DNA of 64,000 bases. Source: an uncultured delta proteobacterium (lineage in GTDB: Bacteria > Desulfobacterota > RBG-13-43-22). Positions 10,085 to 20,720 of this stretch are shown here, piece by piece. The position numbers and the translations under genes are program-made. The notes below the pieces were generated by a model. It saw nothing but the letters and a program-made list of their open reading frames with translations. It did no database searches and was not told where the DNA came from. The first letter of the stretch is position 1. Every line of letters begins with the position of its first letter. Location of the stretch: positions 480,001-544,000 of the forward strand of contig CAWBOS010000015.1 in NCBI GenBank assembly GCA_963790475.1, in the 5' to 3' direction.

Positions 10085-10315
10085 CGTCGGAATTTTTTAC
10101 ATAATCAAAACTCCCCCAAATTCTGCCCACAATCCTTTGTTCCACAGCGAAATCACACGATATTTTCTTGTGTGACTATTCCTTTGCCTTGTAATGTCCA
10201 GTTTTGTTGTCGGATTACTTTACAGATTCAGAACTTTTTATTATGCCTATATTTATAATTATATAATATTTACTAGTAGTTGTGTTTTTGGTCTGGTATT
10301 GGTCTGGTAAATGCA
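10085..10315 (+). promoter_or_regulatory. Putative sigma54 promoter with two enhancer-like sites upstream of the PEP-CTERM gene
   Basis: GG-N10-GC at 10301-10314 (TGGTCTGGTAAATGCA); related boxes CGTCGGAATTTTTTACA (10085-10101) and TGTCGGATTACTTTACA (10208-10224) with TGT-N11-ACA spacing. Confidence 0.6.
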
Positions 10316-10434
10316 TAAAATAATGGACAGTTGGGTTAGTGACTATGACCGCTAGGGGAAAGGATTTTTTACCCAGGAAACGATGTTGGTATTAAAAATT
10401 TAGCAAAAAGAAAAAATAAAAATATAGGAGGAGG

Positions 10435-10491
10435 TGTTGGGTTGGCAGGGGTTAGGAGAAAGTTTAAGAAATAAACCCGGCCCAACGGGTT
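10435..10491 (+). repeat. 57-bp direct repeat of the PEP-CTERM gene 3' end (other copy 11387-11443)
   Basis: 54/57 identical by manual alignment. Confidence 0.9.
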
Positions 10492-10553
10492 AAACGATTA
10501 GAATGAAGAATGCATTAAATTGAATTAAATTATATTTTATTGGAGGTATTGCT

Positions 10554-11426
10554 ATGAAGAAGATGTGTTTCGTTGTTATGTTCGTGTGTGCCCTGGTCAT
10601 TCCATCCCTTGCGGGCGCTGTGACGATCAACTACGGGAACCAGACGCTCTCGACAGATTTCACCGCGAGCCACTTCAATGACGTCTGGAACTTGATGGGG
10701 GGTGACCTCACCCTGTCCTACAGGATCGATCTCACTGGGATCCAGGCGTCAGCACTACAAGGATGGAGCAACTGGACCGAGGTTGGCCTGCGTGAAGTTG
10801 GGGCAGGCGACTTTAACCCGGGACCTTTCAACACTTACCAGGGTGGTGCAGGAGGGTGGATGGTGTCGCACGTCGATAGCGTCACGTCGAACAATGCACT
10901 TTTAAACGATAATGACAGCAATGGCTTACAAGCATCAGGCGGCCGCGACCAGAATGACTATGACGCTTTGGTTCCCAACGCCGTTGTCACGCCTTTTGGC
11001 ACTACGAACAACTATGGTATGTGGTTCGACCGGGACGGGATGGACCAGTGGCAGGTAACATACTGGGGTTCGATCGACAAAGGGACATACAACACCGGGG
11101 GCATCTACGATATCGTGATCTCCTATCACGCCATTAACGCCGGCCTGGGCACAATGTTTGCCACGGTGAATGGCGTTCCGACCGGGTTCTACACCGCAGG
11201 TTGGAAGAACGCCCCGCCGGAGATTTATCCAGCCGGTTTGAGCTTCAAGGGCGACATGGCGCAGATGCAAGTGTTTGCGGGGCTTGCGAGCAATTATGAG
11301 GGTGGCAGCGTGGCGCTCTCGAACATCACGGTGACCGGAACCCAGGTTCCCGAACCGGCCACCATGCTCCTTCTTGGCCTTGGCCTTGTTGGGTTGGCTG
11401 GGGTTAGGAGAAAGTTTAAGAAATAA
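10554..11426 (+). CDS. PEP-CTERM sorting domain protein
   Basis: Signal peptide; C-terminal VPEPATMLLLGLGLVGLAGVRRKFKK. Confidence 0.95.
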   Translation: MKKMCFVVMFVCALVIPSLAGAVTINYGNQTLSTDFTASHFNDVWNLMGGDLTLSYRIDLTGIQASALQGWSNWTEVGLREVGAGDFNPGPFNTYQGGAGGWMVSHVDSVTSNNALLNDNDSNGLQASGGRDQNDYDALVPNAVVTPFGTTNNYGMWFDRDGMDQWQVTYWGSIDKGTYNTGGIYDIVISYHAINAGLGTMFATVNGVPTGFYTAGWKNAPPEIYPAGLSFKGDMAQMQVFAGLASNYEGGSVALSNITVTGTQVPEPATMLLLGLGLVGLAGVRRKFKK

Positions 11427-11475
11427 ACCCGGCTTAACGGGTTTCTAAAACCGTGGTTCTTACCATGAGAGAGGA

Positions 11476-11508
11476 AGGCAGGGTTCAGAAATGGCCCTGC
11501 TTTTTTTA
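11476..11508 (+). terminator. Rho-independent terminator
   Basis: GCAGGG...CCCTGC stem followed by T-run. Confidence 0.7.
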
Positions 11509-11687
11509 TGCACATTACGAACCGAAATCCTTAAATTTCCGAATCATTCCAGAACAAGAGTAATAGAAACACTTATTCAAGGAAGTGCCTTTGGGGGCGA
11601 GGATGTCAGCTTAAAAATGAACTGGGACTCCCTGCCCCTAATACCAATAACTTCTTTAAACCTTTGATTCTGCGAAACCCCGTCTCT

Positions 11688-13421
11688 TTATCCCTTCCCG
11701 GGTATTACCGGTAAATCAATATAGGAGGCCTGCCCCGGTTGATGAAATATGGTCTGCATAGCCGGTATACCGAAGGCATCTTCTCCGAACGGATTTCCGG
11801 TATTCATATTGCGGTCGAACCTGGGGAAGTTGCTGCTGGTAATATCGATCCGGAGGCGATGTCCCCTGGCGAAGACATTGCTGGTGGAGGCCAGATCAAT
11901 TTTATATTCATTAACTTCACCCGGGATCAGCGGTTGAGGATTGAGAATGGATTTTCGGTACCTGGCCCGAATAGCCCCTTCGGCCACATTGACGGCCAGC
12001 CCGTTGGGATACACATCCACCAGTTTTACAAAAAAATCCGTGTCCACCGTTGAGGTGGAGGCAAAAAGGTGAAGCTTTAACGGCCCGGTGATCTCCAGTT
12101 CCTCGTTTAACTCCGGTGTGGTGTAGCACAACACATCGTTTCGTTTCTCGACAATGGTTTGGTCCTGCGGCCCTGCGGCCTGGTTGAGGTCCGGGTTCAA
12201 CCGGCCGCCCCGGGTCGGTACCGGATCAAGGGGATTATAGACAAAAATGTCCGGGGATTCCCGGCCCGGTTCTTCCCGGCTTAAAACCCCGTCACCAGCG
12301 GCGGTGTTGGCATGGCCGCGGCTGTGAAGAAAAAAACGCTGCCACTGGGTTTCCGGTAAGGGCCAGGTTTCGGCATTTTTCCACCTGTTCCTCCCCATGA
12401 CAAAATAGCGGATGGGGACCAGATATTTGCTGTCAATGCCCTTTAAGTATTTATCGAAAAAGGCGATATGCCGTTCGATCATAAAGGCCCCCGCGCCGGA
12501 GCCGTAGGCACCGAAATTGAGCGCCCCGATAAAATTCCGAAGCCTCGATCCATGGACCCAGGGGCCCATGATCATATGCTGTCCTTCCCGGGCCAGGGGC
12601 GAGCCTCCTTTTTTCTTCATCTTGAAAAAATTGAGGAAGATGTGGGCCACACTCATATCATACCAGCCGGCGGACTGCAGGCAGGGGACTTTTATTTGCT
12701 CATAGGCCCAGAGGAGTTCCTCTTCGGATTTTTTCCCTTTCAGAAAATCATCGCTGAATCGCCGCAGGAATCCTTCCTGCAGACCTTCAAACTTGAAGTA
12801 GGGTATATCTTTCAGGGGCAGGAAGTTGCAGACCTCTTCAAAATGACTCATGGCGTATCTGACATTCTCCAGCATCTTGGAAACGTCTTTCCCCTGTCCG
12901 GCCATCTTGCCGATCATATCCAAGGCCATGGTGGCGAACCAGCTTATGCCCGTTTCCAGCTCCTTGACCCCGCTCATTCCCGATTCGCTCACCCAGCCCG
13001 CCCCGATGACATGGGGCGCGATGGCCTTTAAATGAGGAGGCGCTTCCATGGCCGCGTCCCACTGGTTCCGGCCGAGATAGGAGGCTCCGACCATACCCAC
13101 GTTCCCATCACACCAGGGCTCGGCGGCAATATTTTCTACAGTGTCATACCCGTCTTGTCCCTCCGACCTGCCGATAAAAAATTCACCTTCCGAGGCAAAT
13201 CTCCCCCGGGTATCTTGAATAATCATGGCGTATCCGGCAAAGGCCGCTTCCACCGGGGATAGAAAATCACTGGGAGCGGAAGGGATCTTATTGTAAGGGG
13301 TTCGAACGACAATAGCGGGATGTCTTTCTCTATCATCCGGTCGGTAAACATCCGCCTTTAATGTTATACCATCCCTCATTTTCATGGGAATATCCCGGTC
13401 AACACGAATGGATTGGCTCAT
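11688..13421 (-). CDS. CocE/NonD family hydrolase
   Basis: RTPY, QDTRGRFASEG, GASYLG, GWYD, GPWVH motifs and C-terminal SSNFPRFDRN. Confidence 0.92.
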   Translation of the reverse strand: MSQSIRVDRDIPMKMRDGITLKADVYRPDDRERHPAIVVRTPYNKIPSAPSDFLSPVEAAFAGYAMIIQDTRGRFASEGEFFIGRSEGQDGYDTVENIAAEPWCDGNVGMVGASYLGRNQWDAAMEAPPHLKAIAPHVIGAGWVSESGMSGVKELETGISWFATMALDMIGKMAGQGKDVSKMLENVRYAMSHFEEVCNFLPLKDIPYFKFEGLQEGFLRRFSDDFLKGKKSEEELLWAYEQIKVPCLQSAGWYDMSVAHIFLNFFKMKKKGGSPLAREGQHMIMGPWVHGSRLRNFIGALNFGAYGSGAGAFMIERHIAFFDKYLKGIDSKYLVPIRYFVMGRNRWKNAETWPLPETQWQRFFLHSRGHANTAAGDGVLSREEPGRESPDIFVYNPLDPVPTRGGRLNPDLNQAAGPQDQTIVEKRNDVLCYTTPELNEELEITGPLKLHLFASTSTVDTDFFVKLVDVYPNGLAVNVAEGAIRARYRKSILNPQPLIPGEVNEYKIDLASTSNVFARGHRLRIDITSSNFPRFDRNMNTGNPFGEDAFGIPAMQTIFHQPGQASYIDLPVIPGKG

Positions 13422-13431
13422 CGATTCCTCC

Positions 13432-15915
13432 TTATTTAGAAACAGGTAAAGACTTGACCACAGATAAACTATGAATAACCGAGTCAGGCAAATTAAAAAT
13501 TGACCTTAAAACTAGTTCCGGCCGGATTTCACCTTCCGGACGGGACTCCAGGGTCCAGGTTGCCCTTAACGACCCGTTCGTTTCCGTGCATAACGACAAA
13601 TCCCGGATCAAGGCCCTCAGATCCAAAGACTCTGCTTTTTTACCCGGCTTATCCACCAGCCATTGGCTGGAAGATAGAAAGGCCTCCACCTTTTCCTGAT
13701 CTGGAAGTGTATTATCCATTTCCACCTGATAGTGATGAATCTGGTTTTGGGGCATGGGGCTGTTCAGGGGAACTTCGGTTATCGATAGAATCCGGGTCCC
13801 GGGAAACAACTCCTCCGGCAGCTGGTTCCTGATTTGCTCGGCATTCATCCAATCCAAAATCTGGACATCGATCCATTCCCCCATACTGCTTAATCCCACC
13901 GGCAGTGCCTGTCCGAAAGAAAGACGGGGCATGGGATGAAACCCCTGAGAAAAGGCCAAGGGGAGTTTAACCCGTCGCAAAGAGCGGATGATGGCCTCTT
14001 TCCATTCCAGGTGACCTAAAAAGCGGGATGGGCCGGTTTTGTTTAAAAGCAGACGGAACTTTTTGACGGATTCCTTTGGATAAACTACATAGGAATGGTC
14101 CGAAGCGAGGGTAAATTCTCTAAAGACCTGGGGCTCGACCTCTAAAGATGGGCAGACTCCGCACTGCTGGCATTCCCCCTGACGGCAATCGGGGGTGGCT
14201 TGTCCGGTCAGGGCTTTTTGATATTCATTCCAGAGATAATCCTTGTCCACACCGGTTCGGATAAAATCCCAGGGAAAAAGATGCTCCCGGTCCTGGGCCT
14301 GAAGCACTTTTTGCGGCTCCACCCCTTCCTCTTCCAGGGCCTTCTGCCAGAGTTCCCAGGAAAAATGTTCTCCCCAGGCGTCGAGAAAAACCCCTTTTCG
14401 GAAGGCATTAAAAATAACCCGTCCCAGGCTTCGATCCCCACGCGACAGAATTCCCTCCAGGAAACTCTGACGGGTATCATTCCATTTGACCTGGATGCGT
14501 TTACTGTTCAAGGCCGAGCGTAGGAAATTGAGCCGATTCAAAGACTCTCCCATAGACAGTTGAGACGCCCACTGAAAAGGGGTATGCGGTTTGGGAATGA
14601 AGGGGGAAAGGGCCACATGGATATCAAGACGCCCCCCTTTTCTGCGGACTGTTTTTTCGATCTTTTTAACCAGGAGGACCAGTCCTTCCAGGTCCTCCTG
14701 GGTTTCGGTAGGCAAACCGATCATAAAGTAGAGTTTCAACACCCTCCAGCCCAGAGAAAAAACTGTCTGGGCGGTTTGAAGGATTTCTTCTTCGGTGACG
14801 TTTTTGTTGATCACATCCCTTAACCGCTGGGTACCGGCTTCCGGGGCAATGGTGAAGCCGGTTTTCCGAACCCGCAGGATCTGCTCCATGACCTCGGCCT
14901 TCAAGGTATCCACCCGGAGGGAAGGCAAAGAAATGGCCACCTTTTCCCTCTCCCAGCGTTCCATCAAAGCCGGCAAAAGCCGGTCTAAACAGGTATAATC
15001 GCCACTGCTTAGAGAGAGCAGGGTGGCTTCGGCATATCCGCTTCGGCTTAAACCTTCTTCAAGCAGGGCATAGACCTTTTGCGGGTCTCTTTCGCGGACC
15101 GGGCGATAAATGATTCCGGCCTGGCAGAAGCGGCAGCCCCGGGTGCAGCCCCGGGCGATCTCCACGCTTAAACGATCATGGATGACTTGTTGAAAGGGCA
15201 GGGGGGAAACATCCGGATAGCCGGCCAGATTCAAGTCCGGGATAATCCTTTTTTGAATGTCCTTGATTTCATCGGTACCTCCTATATTTTTTGAATGAAG
15301 GGACGGGACATAAACCCCGGACAATTCGGCCAGCGAAGCCAATAAGGCCGGTCTGCTTTCAGCGGTATTTTTCCATTTCAAACTGAGGTCACAGATCTCC
15401 TGAATGACTTCCTCTCCATCCCCGATAACCAGGGCATCAAAGAATCCGGACATCGGTTCCGGATTAAAAGTGCAAGGTCCTCCGGCGATCACCACTGGGT
15501 CTCCATCGTTTCGATCCCGGCTCCAGACCGGGATCCCGCCCAGCGAAAGCATCTGCAGGACATTGGTATAACCCAGTTCATAAGGCAGGCTGAAGCCGAC
15601 CAGGTCGAATTCCTTTAAAGGCCGGCCTGATTCCAGAGAGGGCAGCAGAAAAGAATGTTCTTTAAGTAACTGGGCCATATCCGGGGCCGGGGTAAAGACC
15701 CGCTCGGCCCAGACTTCGGGGAGCTGATTCAAGATATGATACAAGATCTTCATCCCCAGATAAGACATGCCCACTTCGTACAAGTCGGGGAAGGCCAGGG
15801 CAAAATGAAGCTTGACCGTGTCCGGTTCTTTAACAACCGAAAAAAGTTCCTTCCCCAAATAACGACTGGGCCGGCGGACCCGGCCCAGATATTTTTCCAA
15901 CGGATGGTTCATCAT
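13432..15915 (-). CDS. TIGR03960-type B12-binding radical SAM protein fused to a DUF2344-like domain
   Basis: FPDLYEVGMS; RGCTRGCRFCQAG (CxxxCxxC); C-terminal FSQGFHPMPRLSF. Confidence 0.88.
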   Translation of the reverse strand: MMNHPLEKYLGRVRRPSRYLGKELFSVVKEPDTVKLHFALAFPDLYEVGMSYLGMKILYHILNQLPEVWAERVFTPAPDMAQLLKEHSFLLPSLESGRPLKEFDLVGFSLPYELGYTNVLQMLSLGGIPVWSRDRNDGDPVVIAGGPCTFNPEPMSGFFDALVIGDGEEVIQEICDLSLKWKNTAESRPALLASLAELSGVYVPSLHSKNIGGTDEIKDIQKRIIPDLNLAGYPDVSPLPFQQVIHDRLSVEIARGCTRGCRFCQAGIIYRPVRERDPQKVYALLEEGLSRSGYAEATLLSLSSGDYTCLDRLLPALMERWEREKVAISLPSLRVDTLKAEVMEQILRVRKTGFTIAPEAGTQRLRDVINKNVTEEEILQTAQTVFSLGWRVLKLYFMIGLPTETQEDLEGLVLLVKKIEKTVRRKGGRLDIHVALSPFIPKPHTPFQWASQLSMGESLNRLNFLRSALNSKRIQVKWNDTRQSFLEGILSRGDRSLGRVIFNAFRKGVFLDAWGEHFSWELWQKALEEEGVEPQKVLQAQDREHLFPWDFIRTGVDKDYLWNEYQKALTGQATPDCRQGECQQCGVCPSLEVEPQVFREFTLASDHSYVVYPKESVKKFRLLLNKTGPSRFLGHLEWKEAIIRSLRRVKLPLAFSQGFHPMPRLSFGQALPVGLSSMGEWIDVQILDWMNAEQIRNQLPEELFPGTRILSITEVPLNSPMPQNQIHHYQVEMDNTLPDQEKVEAFLSSSQWLVDKPGKKAESLDLRALIRDLSLCTETNGSLRATWTLESRPEGEIRPELVLRSIFNLPDSVIHSLSVVKSLPVSK

Positions 15916-16008
15916 TAATCCTAAACTAAAAAAGGATAGGAGCCAGAAGCCCGGGGCCCGAAAGGGAATGAAACATTAAATAAGAGGCTTCTGCAAAAGT
16001 TCGTTTAC

Positions 16009-16102
16009 GTCATTCCGGTCCCGCCTTCCCTGCGGGATAGACTCCAGCCGGAATCCAGTCTTTTCAATGCAATCTGGACACCGGCTTTCGCCGGTGAGAC
16101 GG
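16009..16102. repeat. GTCATTCCGG...GGAATCCAG palindromic repeat (REP-like)
   Basis: Near-identical inverted copy at ~27421-27471. Confidence 0.75.
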
Positions 16103-16186
16103 AACTTGGGAGATTTGAAAGAAACTTATAAATTAAGGCTTTCTTATGAATTCTGACCTCTTGGTTTCGGGCCTTGCTAAAAAAAG

Positions 16187-17794
16187 TTATTTCATCAACC
16201 CTTCTAATTTCATTTCTGTATTTTTCAGGAAGGTCTTAATCTCCTGTATCTTTTCTTTTTCCAGGTTGCCTGGTTCGCCTAACTGCCCATCGAAGGCCTG
16301 CAACCGGCCTTTTAACGAAGCCAGAAGGGTCAGGAGTTCTTCAGTCTCAGGAGTTTTTTCGGGCTCAGGAGATTTTTCGGCGGCCTTTTCCTTGAGGGGC
16401 AGCAAGGGAATGGTTTCCTGCCATTCCGGGACGATCACCTGAAAAGGAAAAGATTCCCGAATCACCTGGGCAAAAGCCAGACTGGTAGATTCCTCACCGT
16501 GAATGACAAAAACCGTCAGTTGCGGATTTTTAAAATTCCTGATCCAGGATAATAATTCATTCTGGTCGGCATGGGCGGAAAAGCCGCTGATGGTGTGCAC
16601 CTGGGCCCGGACCGCCACCTCTTCCTGAAAGATCCGGACTTTCTTGGCTCCCTCAACGATAGACCTGCCCAGGGTCCCTTCGGCCTGGAAGCCGGTAATG
16701 ATGATCTGGGCCCCGGGACGCCATAAATTGTGTTTCAGATGATGCTTGATTCTCCCCGCGTTACACATGCCGCTGGCGGCAATGATAATGGCCGCCCCTT
16801 TTTGCTGGTTGATGGCCATGGACTCTTCGGCGGTCCGGGAATATCTCAGATCGGCCATGGCCAAAGGGGTTTCCCCCTGGTCCAGGAGACGGGTCATCTC
16901 CTCATCAAAATATTCCGGAAATTTTTTGAAAATCTCGGTGGCCGAAATGGCCAGAGGGCTGTCCAAATAGACCGGGATGGAAGGGTACTGTCCGTTTTTT
17001 CGAAATTCGTGGAGGATATAGAGGATTTCCTGGGTCCGCTCTATGGCAAAAGCCGGGATAATGATTTTCTCTTGATTTTTGATTCCTTCCAGGATGGCCG
17101 ACAGGAGCTCGGCTTTGCTTTCTTCCAGGGATTTGTGCTGCCGGTTGCCATAGGTGGATTCCACAAATAGGAAATCGGCCTCCTCGATGATATCCGGGTC
17201 GGGGACGATTAATGATTCCTGGCGTCCGATATCCCCGGAAAAAACAGCCCGGCCTTTTGTGCCTCCCGGTTCTTTATAACGGATGTCCAGGAAAGAGGCC
17301 CCCAGGATATGACCGGCCGTATGAAAACAGATTTCCATATCAGGGCTGATCAGCAGACACTCGTCCGCATCGACCGGCTGGAAAAAATTCAGACTGCGTT
17401 CCGCCTCTTTGATGGTGTAAAGGGGTTCCACCGGTTTCTGGCCGGAGCGGGCATTCTTTCGGTTTTGCCATTCCGCTTCCATTTCCTGGATATGGGCGCT
17501 ATCCCGGAGCATGATTCGGCAGAGTTCGAAAGTGGCCATGGTGCAGATGATCTTGCCTTTGAATCCCTCCTTGACCACCTTGGGGATCAATCCTGAATGG
17601 TCCATATGGGCATGAGTCAGCAGGATATACTGGAGTGTTTCGGGGTGATACTTGGATATTAAACGGTTTCTCTTCTCGATGTCTTTTCCCCCTTGAAACA
17701 TACCGCAATCGACCAGAAATCGGCTGCTGCCGTGTTCTAATAAAAAACAGGAACCGGTTACGGTTCTGGTCCCCCCCCAAAAAGTGACTTGCAT
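16187..17794 (-). CDS. MBL-fold beta-CASP ribonuclease
   Basis: LTHAHMDHSG, AGHILG, SGD, ESTYG and FSAHAD motifs; ATG at 17794. Confidence 0.9.
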   Translation of the reverse strand: MQVTFWGGTRTVTGSCFLLEHGSSRFLVDCGMFQGGKDIEKRNRLISKYHPETLQYILLTHAHMDHSGLIPKVVKEGFKGKIICTMATFELCRIMLRDSAHIQEMEAEWQNRKNARSGQKPVEPLYTIKEAERSLNFFQPVDADECLLISPDMEICFHTAGHILGASFLDIRYKEPGGTKGRAVFSGDIGRQESLIVPDPDIIEEADFLFVESTYGNRQHKSLEESKAELLSAILEGIKNQEKIIIPAFAIERTQEILYILHEFRKNGQYPSIPVYLDSPLAISATEIFKKFPEYFDEEMTRLLDQGETPLAMADLRYSRTAEESMAINQQKGAAIIIAASGMCNAGRIKHHLKHNLWRPGAQIIITGFQAEGTLGRSIVEGAKKVRIFQEEVAVRAQVHTISGFSAHADQNELLSWIRNFKNPQLTVFVIHGEESTSLAFAQVIRESFPFQVIVPEWQETIPLLPLKEKAAEKSPEPEKTPETEELLTLLASLKGRLQAFDGQLGEPGNLEKEKIQEIKTFLKNTEMKLEGLMK

Positions 17795-18006
17795 GGTAAA
17801 AAGACCTTTCCGATTTATTAACAAAAGGGTTTATGGATTTGAGGTATTAAAGGAGGTTCGGGTAAAAGTGGTCTGGAAAACAATTTGCTCTTAAACCTTG
17901 AACCCTTTAAGGAACCTAGGGTCTTGACAGTCCAGATCAAATAATATAAGCAGATGAGTAAGAATTCAATGAAAAAGTAAATCTTTCCTAAGCGAGGATT
18001 AGGCCT

Positions 18007-18684
18007 ATGGCTAAGGATTTAAAACCCGAACATCACGAACTTCAATATGTCATTGACGATCTGACTATCAAGGAATCCTGGCGGATGTTCCGAATCCTGG
18101 GTGAGTTCGTAGACGGCTTTGATACCTTGTCCCAAATTTACCCGGCGGTTTCCCTGTTCGGCTCGGCCCGGGTAAAACCCGGGGAGCCCTACTACGAACA
18201 GGCGGTGGAAATCGCCGGTCTTTTGGTCAAGAATGGGTTCAATGTCATTTCCGGGGGCGGCCCCGGAATCATGGAAGCGGCCAATAAGGGGGCGGCGGAA
18301 GCCGGAGGAAAATCCATCGGCCTGAATATCAAACTCCCTTACGAACAAAAACCTAACCCATTTGCCAATGTCCGGCTTGACTTCCGCTATTTCTTTATCC
18401 GCAAGGTCATGTTTGTTAAATATTCCGTGGCCTATGTCATCCTTCCGGGCGGGTTCGGGACCCTCGATGAATTCTCGGAGGCCATTACCCTCATTCAAAC
18501 CCATAGAATTAAGCCCTTCCCGGTTATTTTGGTCAATCGGAGTTATTGGAAGGGATTGTTGGATTGGATGCGCAAGATGGTTTGCTCGGAATGTATGATC
18601 TCGCTGGAGGACATGGATATCATCCAGGTCATCGATGAACCGGAAGAGGTTGTAAGGGCCATTAAAAGAATAATCATCCTTTGA
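18007..18684 (+). CDS. LOG family (TIGR00730) Rossmann-fold protein
   Basis: GGGPGIMEA and PGGFGTLDE motifs. Confidence 0.92.
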   Translation: MAKDLKPEHHELQYVIDDLTIKESWRMFRILGEFVDGFDTLSQIYPAVSLFGSARVKPGEPYYEQAVEIAGLLVKNGFNVISGGGPGIMEAANKGAAEAGGKSIGLNIKLPYEQKPNPFANVRLDFRYFFIRKVMFVKYSVAYVILPGGFGTLDEFSEAITLIQTHRIKPFPVILVNRSYWKGLLDWMRKMVCSECMISLEDMDIIQVIDEPEEVVRAIKRIIIL

Positions 18685-18715
18685 AATGTCCAAGTGGCGA
18701 GGCTTTCGAGGAAAA

Positions 18716-20458
18716 ATGGACAATAAGGAAGTAGCTCATATCCTCAACGAGATCGCCGTCCTCCTGGAACTTTCCGGAGAAAATTCCTTCAAGATCAGGG
18801 CCTATGCCGAAGGGGCCCGGATCATCGAAGCCCAGGACACACCCGTCTCGGAACTGATTCGTTCCGGAACGCTCTCTCAGATCAAGGGCATCGGCAAGAC
18901 CCTTTCCCTTCAGATCACCCAACTGATCCAAGAAGGTTTCATTTCCTTGCATCAAGAGCTCAAGGCCGCTTTTCCGGAAGGAGTCCGGGAGATGCTCCAG
19001 GTCCCGGGCCTTGGTCCCAAAAAAGTCAAAGACCTGTTTGAAAAGCTGGGGATCAAATCCATCGGTGAACTGGAATATGCCTGCCATGAAAACCGGCTGA
19101 TCACCCTGCCGGGTTTCGGCCCTAAATCCCAGGAAAAGATCCTCCTGGGCATCGAACAATTCAAGCGATTTCAAGGTCGTTTTCTTTTTGGAGAGGTCTA
19201 TCCGCTGGCCGCCACCCTCTTGGAGGAAATAGGTAATCATCCCCAAACCCTCCAGGCTTCTCTGGGTGGAAGCCTGCGGCGGAGAAAAGAAATCGTTAAG
19301 GATATGGACCTGGTGGCCGAAAGCGCACATCCCGAAGAAGTGATGGAGTTTTTCACCACCTTACCGCTGGTCGATCAAATTATAAACCACGGCCCGACCA
19401 AGTCCTCGATTCTGACCAAATCAGGAATCCAGGCCGACTTGAGGATCGTGGGACCCAAACAGTTTCCCTATGCCTTGCATCACTTTACCGGCAGTAAAGA
19501 GCACCATATGATCTTGCGGCCCAGGGCCAAGGAACTGGGCTATAAACTCAATGAATATGGTTTATTTAAGGGAGAGGATATTCTTCCCTGTAAAAATGAA
19601 GAGGATATCTACCGCATCTTGAAACTCGATTATATTCCACCGGAACTCCGGGAGGGCTGGGGGGAAATCGAGGCCGCGGAAAATCATATCCTGCCGGTTC
19701 TGGTGGAAGATAAAGATATCCGGGGGGCCTTTCATTTCCACACCCAATCCAGCGACGGCACCCCTTCCTTATCTCAATGGGTGCAGGCCGCCGACCAGGC
19801 GGGTTTAAAATATCTGGGCATTTCCGACCACAGTCAGTCGGCCGCTTATGCCGGAGGATTAAAAATGGATCAGCTGGAAAAACAAGGGGCGGAAATAGCC
19901 GCCTTAAATCAGAAACAAAAAAAGGTCCATCTGTTTTGGGGGATCGAATCCGATATCCTGCCCGACGGATCACTGGATTATTCTGATCAAGAATTGGCCC
20001 GGTTTGATTTTGTCATCGCCTCGGTTCATTCCCGTTTTAATATGACAGAGGCGGAGATGACCCACCGTATCATCCGGGCCATAGAGAATTCCCATACCAC
20101 CATGTTGGGACACCCGACCGGCCGGCTTCTCCTGGCCCGTGACCCTTATCCCGTGGATATGAACCAGGTTCTGGAAGCTGCAGCCCGCAAGGGAGTCATC
20201 ATCGAATTGAACGCCAACCCCCATCGCCTGGATCTGGACTGGCGTTTGATGAAAAAGGCCAAAGAACTGGGGCTGAAAATCGCCATTAACCCCGATGCCC
20301 ATCACTTAGACGGGTTGGCGGATATCGCCTATGGGGTGGGCATTGCCCGCAAGGGCTGGCTAAGTAAGGAAGATGTCTTTAATTGCCTGGATGTCCATCA
20401 AGCGCAGACTTATTTACTCAAATTGAAAAATACTTCAACCCGGCCCCTGTCTCATTAG
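18716..20458 (+). CDS. polX: DNA polymerase X / PHP exonuclease
   Basis: GSLRR..E..KDMD, HFTGSKEH and PPELRE motifs; PHP motifs HFHT..SDG, DHS, GHPTGR, DAH. Confidence 0.93.
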   Translation: MDNKEVAHILNEIAVLLELSGENSFKIRAYAEGARIIEAQDTPVSELIRSGTLSQIKGIGKTLSLQITQLIQEGFISLHQELKAAFPEGVREMLQVPGLGPKKVKDLFEKLGIKSIGELEYACHENRLITLPGFGPKSQEKILLGIEQFKRFQGRFLFGEVYPLAATLLEEIGNHPQTLQASLGGSLRRRKEIVKDMDLVAESAHPEEVMEFFTTLPLVDQIINHGPTKSSILTKSGIQADLRIVGPKQFPYALHHFTGSKEHHMILRPRAKELGYKLNEYGLFKGEDILPCKNEEDIYRILKLDYIPPELREGWGEIEAAENHILPVLVEDKDIRGAFHFHTQSSDGTPSLSQWVQAADQAGLKYLGISDHSQSAAYAGGLKMDQLEKQGAEIAALNQKQKKVHLFWGIESDILPDGSLDYSDQELARFDFVIASVHSRFNMTEAEMTHRIIRAIENSHTTMLGHPTGRLLLARDPYPVDMNQVLEAAARKGVIIELNANPHRLDLDWRLMKKAKELGLKIAINPDAHHLDGLADIAYGVGIARKGWLSKEDVFNCLDVHQAQTYLLKLKNTSTRPLSH

Positions 20459-20593
20459 GCGAATTAGTCCAACCCTGCTTAACCCCCTTAGTTTTTATAA
20501 ACTTGAATTAAGCGCTACCGAAAACAGATACCCTTTATATAAAAAAATGGGTTTCAATGAAATTAAGGAGCAAATGGAAATTAAGATAAATTA

Positions 20594-20652
20594 GGCTAAC
20601 AACTGCTTAAACTTCACAACGCTACGCGTTGCAAGTTTAGCAAATGTTATGC
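20594..20652 (+). other. Integron attC site
   Basis: GGCTAAC ... GTTATGC ends; palindromic arms TGCTTAAACTT/AAGTTTAGCA with one extrahelical base; CAACGC/GCGTTG apex. Confidence 0.8.
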
Positions 20653-20720
20653 CTACAATATCATTGACAATATCATTGAATATAGTTATTCTGTGATAAG
20701 AATACAATAGGCACACCTTT

